Below are positions 38,369 to 49,298 of a stretch of 64,000 bases of DNA, piece after piece. The notes under the pieces are model-generated. The model was given only the letters and a program-made list of their open reading frames with translations. It had not been told where the DNA came from and did no database searches. Made by a program: the position numbers and the translations under genes. Numbering within the stretch: position 1 is the first letter of the stretch; every line of letters begins with the position of its first letter. The stretch is from the NCBI GenBank assembly GCA_963625935.1, contig CAVFVD010000009.1:4094-68093 (forward strand), given 5' to 3'. The DNA is from an uncultured Oscillospiraceae bacterium. GTDB lineage: Bacteria; Bacteroidota; Bacteroidia; Bacteroidales; Bacteroidaceae.

Positions 38369-40882
38369 ATGAGCCTCATATTCTCACACAAGAAACCGTT
38401 TTCCGCCGCCCCCTCTGCGGCTTTGGCAATATTGTGCGGCGTTTTGTGCGCCGGCTGTTCCACCACCTCCGCGCTGCCTGAGGGCGAGCAGCTTTATACC
38501 GGCATATCAGACATCACATACACCGACACGCCCGCCCTGCGCAAGAAACTGCTGAAGCGCGACTCGGTGGGAGTCATCACCGCCGTAGGCAACGCAATCG
38601 AGGCGGTAAGCGATGCGTTGAGCGGAAAGGGCACGGGGAAGATTGGCGACGTTTTGACTAAAAGCAAACAGCAGACTGCCGCCGAGAAGAAAGCGGAGAA
38701 GGAGACGCAAAAGCGCGAAGAGGCGGACTTTGCCACAGCCCGCGAGGAGGTGGAAGCGGTACTCGCCTACCCGCCCAACAACGCGCTCTTCGGCTCGTCC
38801 AAGTACCGCAGCCCGTTGCAGATTGGACTGTGGATACACAACGGGCTGGCGGACAGCAAAGGCAAGATAGGGAAATGGGTGTACCGCACCTTCGGCACGG
38901 AGCCCGTCCTCATAAGCACGGTAAGCCCGGAGATGCGCACGAAAGTCGCCACCAACACGCTGCACAACTACGGATATTTTCAAGGGAAAGTAGGCTACGA
39001 GCTGCTGACACAGACCAACCCGAAAAAGGCAAAGGTGCGCTACGACGTGCGTGCGGGCAAGCTCTACCGACTTGACAGCGTGGAGTACAAGGGCTTCCCT
39101 TCCTACATGCGCGAAGTGTTGCAAGCAAACGCGGGTGGCGGAAAGCTGCACTCGGGTGACGCTTTCAGCGTAGTGAACCTGTCCGCCGAGCAGTCAAGAA
39201 TAGAGGAGCTGATGCGCGGAAACGGCTTCTATTACTACAACTCGGCTTACACCACCTTCCGCGCGGACACAGTGGCTCGCCCCGGCTATGTGCAGCTGCA
39301 AGTAGTACCCGCCGCACAGCTGCCCGCAAAGGCCGAGCATCCGTGGTACATAGGGCGCACGTACGTGAATATGCGCCGGACGGAAGACGAAGTATTGGAC
39401 AAGAGCCTCAAACGCCGCTCGTACACATACAACTACTCGGGCGAGAAAATGCCCCTGAAGCCGGGGATGTGGCGACACGCCATCGTGCACCGCAAAGGGG
39501 AAGTGTACCGTCTGAAAGACCAGGAGACGACACTGGAAAAGCTGAGCGCGATGGGAGTCTTAGGACAGATGGACGTGAGCTATGTGCCGCGCGACACGTC
39601 CGCCACCTGCGACACGCTGGACGTAGTGGTGTCCGCACTGATGGATAAGCTCTACGACTCAACCTTTGAGATGAACGCCACGATGAAGAGCAACCAGCAG
39701 ATTGGGCCGGGCGTGTCGTACGAGCTCGCCAAGCGCAACGCTTTCCGGGGCGGGGAAAAGGTGTCGTTCAAGATTTTCGGCTCGTACGAATGGCAGACAG
39801 GGGCGGGGGCAAAAGGCCACAACTCGCTGCTCAACTCTTACGAGCTGGGCACAAAGCTTTCGCTCAGTTTCCCGCGCTTTGTCTTCCCCGGCGTAAGCAA
39901 GCGCAGGCTGCGTTTCCCCGGCTCTACGCAGTTTTCCTTGGACGCTGACTGGCGCAACCGCTCGAATTTCTACAATATGATAAGCACTGGGCTGAGCGTG
40001 ACGTACGACTGGCACAGACGCACCAACGCCGAGCACTCGCTGACGCTTTTCAGTCTTGACTTCGACAAGCTGCTGCACACGACTTCGGCTTTCGACTCCA
40101 TCATGAACGCAAACCCTGCGCTCTACCTCTCTATGCGCGACCAGTTTGTCCCTTCGCTGAGCTACACGTTTACTTACCAGACAAGCTCTACCGCCCGCAA
40201 CCCGCTCTGGGTGCAGCTCTTCGCAAAGGAAGCGGGCAACGTGACCTCCGCAATATACGCCGCAGCGGGACAGAAATTCGGGAAGCGTGACAAAAACCTA
40301 TTCGGGAACCCCTTTGCGCAGTTCGTAAAGGTGACGGCAGAGCTTCACAAGACGTTCAAGCTATCGAGCGACCTGAAACTCGCCACGCGCTTTTTCGGCG
40401 GCATTATTTACACTTACGGCAACAGCCAGTCCGCGCCCTACGCCGACCAATTCTACGCCGGCGGAGCTAACAGCATACGCGCCTTCACCGTACGCTCGCT
40501 CGGTCCGGGAGCATACCACGCGGGAAAGTCCAAGTACTCATACATGGACCAAACCGGCGACATCAAACTCGAAGCCAACGCAGAGCTTCGTGCCCACCTC
40601 TTCGGCAGTCTGTACGGCGCGGTGTTCCTCGACGCGGGCAACGTGTGGCTGATGCGTGACGACCCCAAACGCCCCGGCGGGCAGCTCACTGCCTCTACAA
40701 TAAAGAACATCGCGCTCGGAACGGGTCTTGGCATCCGCTACGACCTTGACTTCCTCGTCCTGCGCCTTGACTGCGGCATCGGGCTGCACGCCCCTTACGC
40801 CACAAGCCGCTCAGGCTTCTACAACATCGAACGCTTCAAGGACGGCTTAGGCATCCACTTCGCCATAGGTTACCCGTTCTAA
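38369..40882 (+). CDS. Omp85-family outer-membrane protein (TamA/BamA-like)
   Basis: 837 aa with a lipoprotein-like signal and a C-terminal beta-barrel ending GIHFAIGYPF. Confidence 0.8.
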   Translation: MSLIFSHKKPFSAAPSAALAILCGVLCAGCSTTSALPEGEQLYTGISDITYTDTPALRKKLLKRDSVGVITAVGNAIEAVSDALSGKGTGKIGDVLTKSKQQTAAEKKAEKETQKREEADFATAREEVEAVLAYPPNNALFGSSKYRSPLQIGLWIHNGLADSKGKIGKWVYRTFGTEPVLISTVSPEMRTKVATNTLHNYGYFQGKVGYELLTQTNPKKAKVRYDVRAGKLYRLDSVEYKGFPSYMREVLQANAGGGKLHSGDAFSVVNLSAEQSRIEELMRGNGFYYYNSAYTTFRADTVARPGYVQLQVVPAAQLPAKAEHPWYIGRTYVNMRRTEDEVLDKSLKRRSYTYNYSGEKMPLKPGMWRHAIVHRKGEVYRLKDQETTLEKLSAMGVLGQMDVSYVPRDTSATCDTLDVVVSALMDKLYDSTFEMNATMKSNQQIGPGVSYELAKRNAFRGGEKVSFKIFGSYEWQTGAGAKGHNSLLNSYELGTKLSLSFPRFVFPGVSKRRLRFPGSTQFSLDADWRNRSNFYNMISTGLSVTYDWHRRTNAEHSLTLFSLDFDKLLHTTSAFDSIMNANPALYLSMRDQFVPSLSYTFTYQTSSTARNPLWVQLFAKEAGNVTSAIYAAAGQKFGKRDKNLFGNPFAQFVKVTAELHKTFKLSSDLKLATRFFGGIIYTYGNSQSAPYADQFYAGGANSIRAFTVRSLGPGAYHAGKSKYSYMDQTGDIKLEANAELRAHLFGSLYGAVFLDAGNVWLMRDDPKRPGGQLTASTIKNIALGTGLGIRYDLDFLVLRLDCGIGLHAPYATSRSGFYNIERFKDGLGIHFAIGYPF

Positions 40883-40944
40883 GATTACGCACAGACTCCC
40901 TCGGCACGCTCACCGACTTCGTAAGCAGTATCCCTACAAAGCAG

Positions 40945-41125
40945 CAAGCTCACACCACAAACGCGCAAGCGCTCTCCGCGAAACTGCGAGCACACACCGC
41001 GAACCCGCAAGCACACCTTGCGAACCCGCAAGCACTCTCCGCGAAGCTGCGAGCACACACCGCGAAACCGCAAGCACACCTCGCGAAACCGCAAGCACTC
41101 TCCGCGAAGCCGCGAGCACACGCCC
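40945..41125. repeat. Imperfect 21-bp repeats with 63-bp higher-order period (CGCGAAnnnGCnAGCACnCnC)
   Basis: Read directly. The repetitive ORFs listed on both strands here are artefacts of the repeat. Confidence 0.85.
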
Positions 41126-41309
41126 CAAAGTTGGAAAGCACGCCCGCGCCACAGCTTACGCGCGAGCCCAAGACAAGGCATACAAAAAGCCCCCGCACGG
41201 ACAACTCCGCTCGGAGGCTTATACTTTTTCCCTATTCGTCTCTCCCCAAAAAGTTTCTCCCAAAGAAGAGGAGCGAACCTACAAGGAAGAAATAGCGGGA
41301 AGCTTCAAA

Positions 41310-41615
41310 CTAGACCTTGATCTCAACCTCTACGCCGCAGGGCAGCTCGAGCTTCATCAGAGCGTCCACAGTCTTGGCCGTAGAGCTGTAGATGTCGATA
41401 AGGCGCTTGTAGGAAGAAATCTGGAACTGCTCGCGGCTCTTCTTATTTACGAAGGTAGAGCGGTTAACAGTGATGATGCGCTTGTGCGTGGGAAGGGGGA
41501 TGGGACCGCTTACGATGGCACCAGTCGCCTTTACGTTCTTCACGATCTTCTCTGCGGATTTCTCCACGAGCGTGTGGTCGTAGCTTTTCAGCTTGATACG
41601 GATTTTCTGACTCAT
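41310..41615 (-). CDS. rpsJ: 30S ribosomal protein S10
   Basis: [25 protein letters not shown]... Confidence 0.97.
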   Translation of the reverse strand: MSQKIRIKLKSYDHTLVEKSAEKIVKNVKATGAIVSGPIPLPTHKRIITVNRSTFVNKKSREQFQISSYKRLIDIYSSTAKTVDALMKLELPCGVEVEIKV

Positions 41616-41707
41616 TGTGTTTTGTTGTTGTGATTATTCCCCCGTCCCCTTTCGCCATAAGAGTCATTCGTTATGCGCGGGGTTGGCGGAGGGATGTTGT
41701 AGTTTCT

Positions 41708-41776
41708 TGGAAAAATTCCGTAGGAGAACACGGCTTCGCCCTATCCCAGCCGGGACAAGCCGCGGCTGTGTTCTCC
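41708..41776 (-). terminator. Large hairpin with U-run between fusA and rpsJ (terminator or attenuator)
   Basis: GGAGAACAC ... GTGTTCTCC stem, followed on the minus strand by UACGGAAUUUUU. Confidence 0.4.
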
Positions 41777-41792
41777 GTAAGAAGTTTTGTCT

Positions 41793-43913
41793 TTATTTGA
41801 CAAGGTCTACGCGGCCCTTGATCTCCTCAAGCACGCTGCGAGCAATGCTGGAAGAAACGGGAGCGTGGTGATCGTACTGCATGGAGCTCGTTGCACGGCC
41901 GGAAGTAATGGTACGAAGTGCCGTCACATAACCGAACATCTCAGCCAGAGGCACCATTGCCTTGACAATGCGCGCACCGCTGCGGCTGCTCTCCATACCC
42001 TCAACCTGACCACGACGCTTGTTGAGGTCGCCGATCACGTCACCCATGTTCTCCTCGGGGGTTACTACCTCGAGCTTCATTATGGGCTCCATAAGCACAG
42101 GACCTGCCTGAGCGCACGCGTTCTTGTATGCCTGGAGCGCGGCTATTTCGAAGGACAACTGGTCGGAGTCCACGGGGTGGAACGAACCGTCGAGCAGCTC
42201 TACCTTCAGGCTGTCCAAGGGGAAGCCGCCGAGCACGCCGCTCTTCATTGCGTTCTCAAAGCCCTTCTGTACGGAGGGGATGAACTCCTTGGGGATGTTA
42301 CCGCCAGTCACCTTATTGATGAACTGCAGACCACCCTCCTTGAAGTCCTCGTCAACGGGACCTACGTTCACGATAATATCTGCAAACTTACCGCGACCAC
42401 CGGACTGCTTCTTGTAAACCTCGCGGAGGTTGACCGTCTTAGTCACGGCCTCCTTGTAGTTAACCTGAGGCTTGCCCTGGTTGCACTCTACCTTAAATTC
42501 GCGCTTGAGTCGATCGATGATGATATCGAGGTGCAGCTCGCCCATACCGCTGATGACGGTCTGTCCGCTCTGCTCGTCGGTCTTAACCGTGAAGGTCGGG
42601 TCCTCCTCAGCCAGTTTGGCGAGACCCTGAGAAAGCTTGTCGAGGTCCTTCTGCGTCTTGGGCTCAACGGCGATACCGATAACGGGATCGGGGAAGTCCA
42701 TAGACTCGAGCACGATGGGTGCGTCCTCGTCGCAGAGGGTGTCGCCCGTGTGGATGTCCTTGAAACCTACGCCTGCGCCTATGTCGCCTGCGCCGATCAC
42801 CTCAACAGGGTTTTGGTGGTTGGAGTGCATCTGGAAGAGACGGCTCACACGCTCCTTCTTGCGGGAACGGCTGTTGTACACATACGAGCCTGCCTCAACC
42901 TTGCCCGAGTATACGCGGAAGAAGGTCAGACGACCTACATACGGGTCGGTAGCGATCTTGAACGCGAGCGCGGACGTGTGCTCGTCCTCGCTGGGCTTGC
43001 GGTCTTCCTCCTCGCCCGTGTCGGGGTTTGTGCCGACGATGTTGGGCGTGTCAAGGGGAGAGGGCAGGAACATGCATACATAGTCGAGCAGCGTCTGCAC
43101 GCCCTTGTTCTTGAACGAAGAACCCTGCGTCATCGGAACAATGTCCATGGCGAGCGTGCCCTTGCGGATAGCGGCGATAAGCTCCTCCTCCGTGATGGTA
43201 GAGGGGTCATCGAAGAATTTGTCCATCAGCGACTCGTCGCACTCGGCTGCCGTCTCCAGCAGCTTATCGTGCCACTCCTGAGCCTCGGCTTGGAGGTCGG
43301 CGGGGATATCGTCCACCTCGTACTCCGCGCCCATCGTCTCGTCGTGCCAGTAGATGGCCTTCATCTTGATGAGGTCCACGATGCCCTTGAACTTTTCCTC
43401 TGCGCCGATAGGTATGGAGAGGACGCAAGGGGTTGCGCCGAGGATGTCCTTCATCTGGCGCACGACCTCGAAGAAGTCAGCGCCGGAGCGGTCCATCTTG
43501 TTCACGTAGCCGATACGGGGTACGTTGTACTTGTCGGCCTGACGCCACACGGTCTCCGACTGGGGCTCTACGCCGCCCACTGCACAGTAGGTTGCCACAG
43601 CGCCGTCGAGTACGCGGAGCGAACGCTCAACCTCGGCGGTGAAGTCCACGTGCCCCGGGGTGTCAATAAGGTTTATCTTGAACTGGTTGTTGTTCCAGTG
43701 CCAGAAACAGGTCGTGGCAGCGGAGGTGATGGTGATACCGCGCTCCTGCTCCTGGGCCATCCAGTCCATGGTTGCGCCGCCATCGTGCACCTCGCCTATC
43801 TTGTGGGTCTTACCCGTATAGAAGAGGATACGCTCCGAGGTCGTTGTCTTGCCGGCATCGATATGCGCCATGATACCGATGTTTCGGGTCAAATGTAAAT
43901 CGTTCTTAGCCAT
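41793..43913 (-). CDS. fusA: Elongation factor G
   Basis: [24 protein letters not shown]...; 706 aa. Confidence 0.98.
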   Translation of the reverse strand: MAKNDLHLTRNIGIMAHIDAGKTTTSERILFYTGKTHKIGEVHDGGATMDWMAQEQERGITITSAATTCFWHWNNNQFKINLIDTPGHVDFTAEVERSLRVLDGAVATYCAVGGVEPQSETVWRQADKYNVPRIGYVNKMDRSGADFFEVVRQMKDILGATPCVLSIPIGAEEKFKGIVDLIKMKAIYWHDETMGAEYEVDDIPADLQAEAQEWHDKLLETAAECDESLMDKFFDDPSTITEEELIAAIRKGTLAMDIVPMTQGSSFKNKGVQTLLDYVCMFLPSPLDTPNIVGTNPDTGEEEDRKPSEDEHTSALAFKIATDPYVGRLTFFRVYSGKVEAGSYVYNSRSRKKERVSRLFQMHSNHQNPVEVIGAGDIGAGVGFKDIHTGDTLCDEDAPIVLESMDFPDPVIGIAVEPKTQKDLDKLSQGLAKLAEEDPTFTVKTDEQSGQTVISGMGELHLDIIIDRLKREFKVECNQGKPQVNYKEAVTKTVNLREVYKKQSGGRGKFADIIVNVGPVDEDFKEGGLQFINKVTGGNIPKEFIPSVQKGFENAMKSGVLGGFPLDSLKVELLDGSFHPVDSDQLSFEIAALQAYKNACAQAGPVLMEPIMKLEVVTPEENMGDVIGDLNKRRGQVEGMESSRSGARIVKAMVPLAEMFGYVTALRTITSGRATSSMQYDHHAPVSSSIARSVLEEIKGRVDLVK

Positions 43914-43935
43914 CTTTTGTTACCTGCTCAGGGGG

Positions 43936-44412
43936 TTAGAATCTGAAGTGTGCGAAAGCGCGGTTAGCCTCGGCCATGCGGTGCATGTCCTCCTTGCGCT
44001 TGTACGCGCCGCCCTGCTCGTTGTAAGCGTCCATAATCTCGGCTGCGAGCTTGTCGGCCATGGTCTTGCCGCCGCGCTTGCGTGCGTAGCCAATCATGTT
44101 CTTCATCGAAACGGACTCCTTGCGGTCGGGGCGTATCTCCGTAGGCACCTGGAAGGTTGCGCCACCGATGCGGCGGCTCTTAACCTCCACCAGCGGGGTG
44201 ATCTTCTCGAGTGCGGTCTTCCATATTTCGAGCGCGCTCTTTTCCTGATCCTTCATCTTCTCTCCTACAATCTCGAGGGCCTTGTAGAAGATGGAGTACG
44301 ATATGGACTTCTTGCCGTCGTACATAAGGTGGTTAACGAACTTGGAAACCTTCTGGTCTCCGAAGACGGGATCGGGGAGGATCACACGCTTCTTAGGCTT
44401 TGCTTTTCTCAT
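43936..44412 (-). CDS. rpsG: 30S ribosomal protein S7
   Basis: [30 protein letters not shown]... Confidence 0.97.
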   Translation of the reverse strand: MRKAKPKKRVILPDPVFGDQKVSKFVNHLMYDGKKSISYSIFYKALEIVGEKMKDQEKSALEIWKTALEKITPLVEVKSRRIGGATFQVPTEIRPDRKESVSMKNMIGYARKRGGKTMADKLAAEIMDAYNEQGGAYKRKEDMHRMAEANRAFAHFRF

Positions 44413-44620
44413 TTGTTTGTTGGTTTGGTTGTTTGGGGCTGCGCTCAGTCTTCAACCTCCCGCTCTCGCAGGCGTTTACTCAACCGCGGCAACCAAAGTT
44501 TCTTTTCCTGTGTCGCCCGCCCGTGGCGGACTTTCCGGCGCGAGGGCTTTACACGGAGTTTGGGAATCGCCCTGCGGCCGCACAGCCATTCCCAAACTCC
44601 TTAACCCTCATTCCGCCTTT

Positions 44621-45004
44621 TTACTTCTTGCCAGCCTTGGGGCGCTTTGCTCCGTACTTGGAGCGGCGCTGCGTGCGGTTAGCCACGCCGGCGGTATCAA
44701 GCGTACCGCGCACGATGTGGTAGCGCACACCCGGAAGATCCTTCACACGACCGCCGCGCACCAGCACAATGCTGTGCTCCTGCAAGTTGTGACCTTCTCC
44801 GGGGATGTAGGAGTTAACCTCCTTGGAGTTGGTCAGGCGCACACGCGCCACCTTACGCATAGCGGAGTTAGGCTTCTTAGGCGTGGTGGTATACACACGC
44901 ACGCACACCCCGCGTCGCTGGGGGCAGGAATCCAAGGCCGGCGACTTGCTCTTGTCAGCCGCAACCTGTCTGCCCTTTCTTACCAATTGCTGAATAGTAG
45001 GCAT
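44621..45004 (-). CDS. rpsL: 30S ribosomal protein S12
   Basis: [12 protein letters not shown]...[13 protein letters not shown]... Confidence 0.97.
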   Translation of the reverse strand: MPTIQQLVRKGRQVAADKSKSPALDSCPQRRGVCVRVYTTTPKKPNSAMRKVARVRLTNSKEVNSYIPGEGHNLQEHSIVLVRGGRVKDLPGVRYHIVRGTLDTAGVANRTQRRSKYGAKRPKAGKK

Positions 45005-45460
45005 TTAGTTTTGATTTTGATTTATGTTGTATGTATTTTTATTTCTGCTTTTAGCGGTGCGAAAAGTATACACTACACCTTTCGGGCGGCAAAGTTAGTC
45101 TTTTTTATCCTAACCCGCAAGCATCCCCGCGCTTATTACGGAAAGAAAAGAGCAAGCTGCGGACGTATGCGAAACGCCGGACAAAATCGGCGAACGGGGT
45201 GCAAGCGCACGACGAAGTTAGGAATCGCCCCGAGCCCGCTTACATTACATTCTAAACGTATACGCATTATATATATTGCGTCGTTCGTTATTGGGAGGAA
45301 AACGTCTCCACAACCCCAAACCCACACGAAACGGAAACACTAAGCGCACCCCGGCCTACCATCCGCCAAACCGAGCGCAAGAAAAGTGTATTTATGCGGT
45401 ACGAATCCCGTTCTCCGCACCCCCAAGCCACACCCCGCGCCGTCAGGATACCGAGCGGCG

Positions 45461-45834
45461 GAAAGAGGAAAAATAGAACACTTTTGCGAGCCGCTCCCGA
45501 GGTGCATTTTTATGTAAGTTTAACTAAGCGGGATAGACGGAACGGGCAGTGGAAGGCACTTGCGAGGGGCAAACAGGCATCTTTTCGCGACGGGAATAGG
45601 CTCTGTAGCGACGGGAATACTTGGAGTTTTTCCGGGATGTACATACCGGCGGCGCTACATGTACATATAAAAGCCGCGTAAGTCGTTGATAGTCAACAAC
45701 GCAAAAGACGGGGTACGCACGCGGTGCATATCCCATCTTTTCTCTACACAAAGATAACACATTTTCCACCGTTTTCCAAATCTCCATTAACACTATTTAC
45801 CAAACCGAAAAGGGAAAAATAGAACACTTTTCGG
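45461..45834 (-). repeat. 374-bp repeat element, copy A (contains promoter cassette 45749-45834 firing leftward)
   Basis: Collinear with the reverse complement of 56044-56417. Internal direct repeat GGAAAAATAGAACACTT at both ends. Confidence 0.85.
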
Positions 45835-46089
45835 CGTTTCGGCTGTTGGAGAAACGCGCCGACAAGGCCTGCCGCACGGCAAGTGCCAGCACGTCCGGGC
45901 GCACACGCGGGAGCGTAGGACGCACTATATATAATAAGGCGTAGTGTGCGGGACGAACGCCACGCGGCGGGCGAGTGAAAGGTTTTTCGTACTTTTGCCG
46001 CCATACAAGAAAACTGACAAAAAACGGGGGCGGAAACGGCGGGAAACGCATTTCACGCGCTCTGCCCCGACACGAAAAAAACGAAAAAT

Positions 46090-46644
46090 ATGAGAAAAGC
46101 ACTGATACTCGCTGCCGCCGCGCTGACTGTGGCAACGGGCTGCGCCAAGCGCCCCGCTGCAGAGCCTGCAACCGCCGAAGCCGCCGCCGTGTCAACGACC
46201 GACTCCGCCGCATACACCGTGAAATCTATCCCCGAAAGCGTGCACGGCGCGGACATTCTGCCCGCCATTGCACAAAACTACAAAGGGAAAGTTGCGCTCA
46301 TAGACTTTTGGGCGACGTGGTGCGGCCCGTGCCGCATGGCTATGAAGCAAGTGGACGAAATAAAGCCGGAGCTTGCCAAGAAGGGCTGCGTCTTCGTCTA
46401 CGTGACGGGCGAGACATCGCCGCTGGCCGACTGGCAGCGCATGCTCCCGGGCATCTCGGGCGACCACTACCGCCTCACCGACAAACAGTGGGGCGAACTG
46501 TGCCGCGACCTCGGCATCTCGGGCATCCCCTCCTACCTGCTCCTTGGAAAGGACGGCAAGAAAGCGTATGACAACTTCGCCGAGGGCGGCTACCCCGGCA
46601 GTGAGAAGCTGCAAAACAATATTGAGGTTGCGCTGACAAAGTAA
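46090..46644 (+). CDS. TlpA-like thioredoxin-fold lipoprotein
   Basis: Lipobox LTVATGC; WATWCGPC active site. Confidence 0.85.
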   Translation: MRKALILAAAALTVATGCAKRPAAEPATAEAAAVSTTDSAAYTVKSIPESVHGADILPAIAQNYKGKVALIDFWATWCGPCRMAMKQVDEIKPELAKKGCVFVYVTGETSPLADWQRMLPGISGDHYRLTDKQWGELCRDLGISGIPSYLLLGKDGKKAYDNFAEGGYPGSEKLQNNIEVALTK

Positions 46645-46801
46645 GCGACGCCGCTGTTTGTGGCAAAATTCTCCTTCACAGAAAGCCGTTTTCCCGTTTT
46701 TGCAAACCACTTTGGCCGCTTTCACAGCGTGACTGACAGCCGTCCGCCGCACGACACGCGGCGGAAAGAGTGACGCTGCGCACGGGAAAACTATTACGCG
46801 T

Positions 46802-47731
46802 ATGGCAAGAAAGAAGCAAAATCTGACTCCAGCCGCCTTGCTGATGCTGGCTGCGTTTCTCGTCATCGGGTGGGCGGTTTCGTCCCCCGGCTGCAACGCG
46901 CGTCAGGGCCAAAACACCGCAAGCACCGACGCAGCGGACACCCCCTACGACACCGCCGCACTGCTTGCGGGAGACGGAAGCTATGCGGACACCGCAACGC
47001 GTCCGACACAGGCGGCAGCGGAAGAGAATGTGACGGAAGCGGCGGCAACTCCGCAAGGCATCGAAATACCGCGCTACGAAAGCAGCCGCGGCGGACAGAC
47101 GATACGCCATACGGGCTTCACGCTTTCCTACGACGCCGACTACAAAACGCCGCAATGGGTGGCGTGGACGCTTACGAGAGCCATGACGCTCGGCACGGAA
47201 AAGCGCAGCAACAAGTTTTGCCCCGACCCCGCCGTGCGCGGAGCGAAAGCCTACTCCACAGACTACACCCGCTCGGGATACGACCGAGGGCACATGGCTC
47301 CGGCGGGCGACATGAAATGGAGCAAGCAAGCCATGGAGGAGTCGTTTTACCTCAGCAATGTATGCCCGCAAAACCGCAACCTTAACCGGGGCGACTGGAA
47401 AGACCTTGAAGAGCTTACGCGCGAGTGGGCATCCACTTACGGCAGCGTGAGCGTTGCGGCGGGCCCCATATACGCCACGAAACACCCCGCCCGCATCGGC
47501 GCCAACAAGGTGGCTGTGCCGGACGCCTTCTTCAAGGTGGTGCTGGTGGGATACCCCAAGAGCCCGAAAGCGTACGGCTTTGTCTTCCGCAACGAAGCGG
47601 GCAGCCATCCCCTCTCCTACTACCAGCTGACAGTGGACGAGGTGGAAAGCCGCACGGGGATGGACTTTTTCTCCGCGCTCCCCGACAAGGTGGAAAAACG
47701 CATTGAGGCGCAGAAGCCCGCGCTGCATTGA
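46802..47731 (+). CDS. DNA/RNA non-specific endonuclease (Serratia nuclease family)
   Basis: SGYDRGHMAPAGD...SNVCPQNRNLNRGDW. Confidence 0.85.
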   Translation: MARKKQNLTPAALLMLAAFLVIGWAVSSPGCNARQGQNTASTDAADTPYDTAALLAGDGSYADTATRPTQAAAEENVTEAAATPQGIEIPRYESSRGGQTIRHTGFTLSYDADYKTPQWVAWTLTRAMTLGTEKRSNKFCPDPAVRGAKAYSTDYTRSGYDRGHMAPAGDMKWSKQAMEESFYLSNVCPQNRNLNRGDWKDLEELTREWASTYGSVSVAAGPIYATKHPARIGANKVAVPDAFFKVVLVGYPKSPKAYGFVFRNEAGSHPLSYYQLTVDEVESRTGMDFFSALPDKVEKRIEAQKPALH

Positions 47732-47778
47732 ACGACCACGCGCGACCGGAACAATACAGAACATACCATATATATAAT

Positions 47779-49218
47779 ATGAGCATAAAGCATTTCGTCC
47801 TTCTCCTCCTGCTTCCCCTTTGCGCCGTCAGCGCAGGGGCGCAGACCGAAGACACCGACACCGCCAGCGAAAGCGGAAGCGGGTACAAGAAAGTAGAACG
47901 CCTTTACCGCTTCCGCCTCAGTCTGACGGACAAGAAAGCAAACGGATTTTCCACCTCCCGCCCTCAGGAGTTTCTCTCTGAGAAGTCTGTCGCGAGGCGC
48001 AAGCGTTACGGACTGAAAGTTGACGAACGCGACCTGCCGCTCACGCAGTCTTATATAAAAGGCTTGGAGGGAAAGGGCTTCAAGATATGCGCAAAGAGCA
48101 AATGGAACAATACCGTCGTAGTGGAAACGGCGGACAGCGCGCTAGCAGCCCGTTCCACACAGCTGCCCTACGTACGCGAGAGCCGCTGCGTATGGGTGGG
48201 TCCCGACAGTGTGCCTGTCTATGCGTTTGACAACAAAGACCGCGCGAGCTACATGGCAAAGGACAGCGTGCCCGGAGATACGCTGAAAGACTACTACGGC
48301 GTGGCCGCGTCGCAGGTGCGCCAGCTCAATTTGCAGAAACTGCACGACAAGGGCTTGTGGGGCGAGGGCGTCACCATCGCGGTGCTTGACGGCGGCTTCC
48401 TCAATACGGACCTTGTGAAAGGGCTCGGCGCTGCCCGCATCCTCGGCACACGCAATTTCGTCCGCCCCGCCACCAGCGTCTACGCGGAGCTTAGCCACGG
48501 CACAATGGTGCTTTCCACCATCGCCGCCAATACGCCCCACTCTTTCGTGGGCACCGCGCCGAAGGCAAGCTTTTACTTGCTTGTGAGCGAGGACGGCGAG
48601 AGCGAGCAAGAAGTTGAGGAAGACTACTGGACAGCCGCCCTCGAGTACGCCGACAGCCTTGGCGCGGACATCGCCACAAGCTCACTCGGCTACACCACAT
48701 ACGACCACGAGTGGATGAACCGCAAGTACGCCGCCCTTGACGGGCACACGGCGTTCGTCAGCCGCACGGCTGCCCTCGCCGCAAGCCGCGGAATGCTGGT
48801 GGTGAACAGTGCCGGCAACAGCGGAATGGACAGTTGGAAAAAAATCGGCGTACCCGGCGACGCGGAAAACATATTGACCGTGGGCGCGGTAGACTGCGAC
48901 GGGCTGAACACGCCGTTCTCCTCCATCGGCAACACGGCGGACGGCCGCATAAAGCCGGACGTGATGGCGCAAGGCCTTGAATCGGCCGTCTACTACCCCG
49001 ACGGCGAAATAGGGGAAGCCAACGGAACATCGTTCTCCTGCCCCATTATGTGCGGCGCGGCCGCTTGCCTCGTGCAGGCGTTCCCCTCCGCGCGCCCCGA
49101 GAAAATAATAGACGCCCTGAGAAAAAGCGCGGACAACGCGCAGACTCCCGACAACATCTTCGGGTACGGCATCCCCGACCTTGAGAAAGCCTACAAGGTT
49201 CTCGAAGGAAAGAAATAA
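47779..49218 (+). CDS. S8 (subtilisin-family) serine peptidase, secreted
   Basis: Signal peptide MSIKHFVLLLLLPLCAVSAGA; VAVLDGG, SHGTMV and NGTSFSCP motifs. Confidence 0.85.
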   Translation: MSIKHFVLLLLLPLCAVSAGAQTEDTDTASESGSGYKKVERLYRFRLSLTDKKANGFSTSRPQEFLSEKSVARRKRYGLKVDERDLPLTQSYIKGLEGKGFKICAKSKWNNTVVVETADSALAARSTQLPYVRESRCVWVGPDSVPVYAFDNKDRASYMAKDSVPGDTLKDYYGVAASQVRQLNLQKLHDKGLWGEGVTIAVLDGGFLNTDLVKGLGAARILGTRNFVRPATSVYAELSHGTMVLSTIAANTPHSFVGTAPKASFYLLVSEDGESEQEVEEDYWTAALEYADSLGADIATSSLGYTTYDHEWMNRKYAALDGHTAFVSRTAALAASRGMLVVNSAGNSGMDSWKKIGVPGDAENILTVGAVDCDGLNTPFSSIGNTADGRIKPDVMAQGLESAVYYPDGEIGEANGTSFSCPIMCGAAACLVQAFPSARPEKIIDALRKSADNAQTPDNIFGYGIPDLEKAYKVLEGKK

Positions 49219-49298
49219 GAGACGCTGATCTCTGTTAGATTTTTCACAAAAAACGGCGGCAACGGAAGCCGCCGCAACCCATCAAACCGAAAAACGCA

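Noticed and set aside
40885-41320. Heptad-repeat peptides (LRFRGVC-type and others) listed on both strands
   Set aside because: They are products of the 21-bp DNA repeat read in all frames. The sequences are Cys/Arg-rich and implausible, and the region lies between two convergent gene ends.
41787-43898. 703-aa plus-strand ORF
   Set aside because: It is a shadow of fusA, which is unambiguous on the minus strand.
45524-45793. 89-aa ORF inside repeat copy A, and a 44-codon ORF starting at the AUGUACAU palindrome
   Set aside because: The ORFs are not conserved in copy B, where in-frame stops follow immediately. The element is treated as non-coding.
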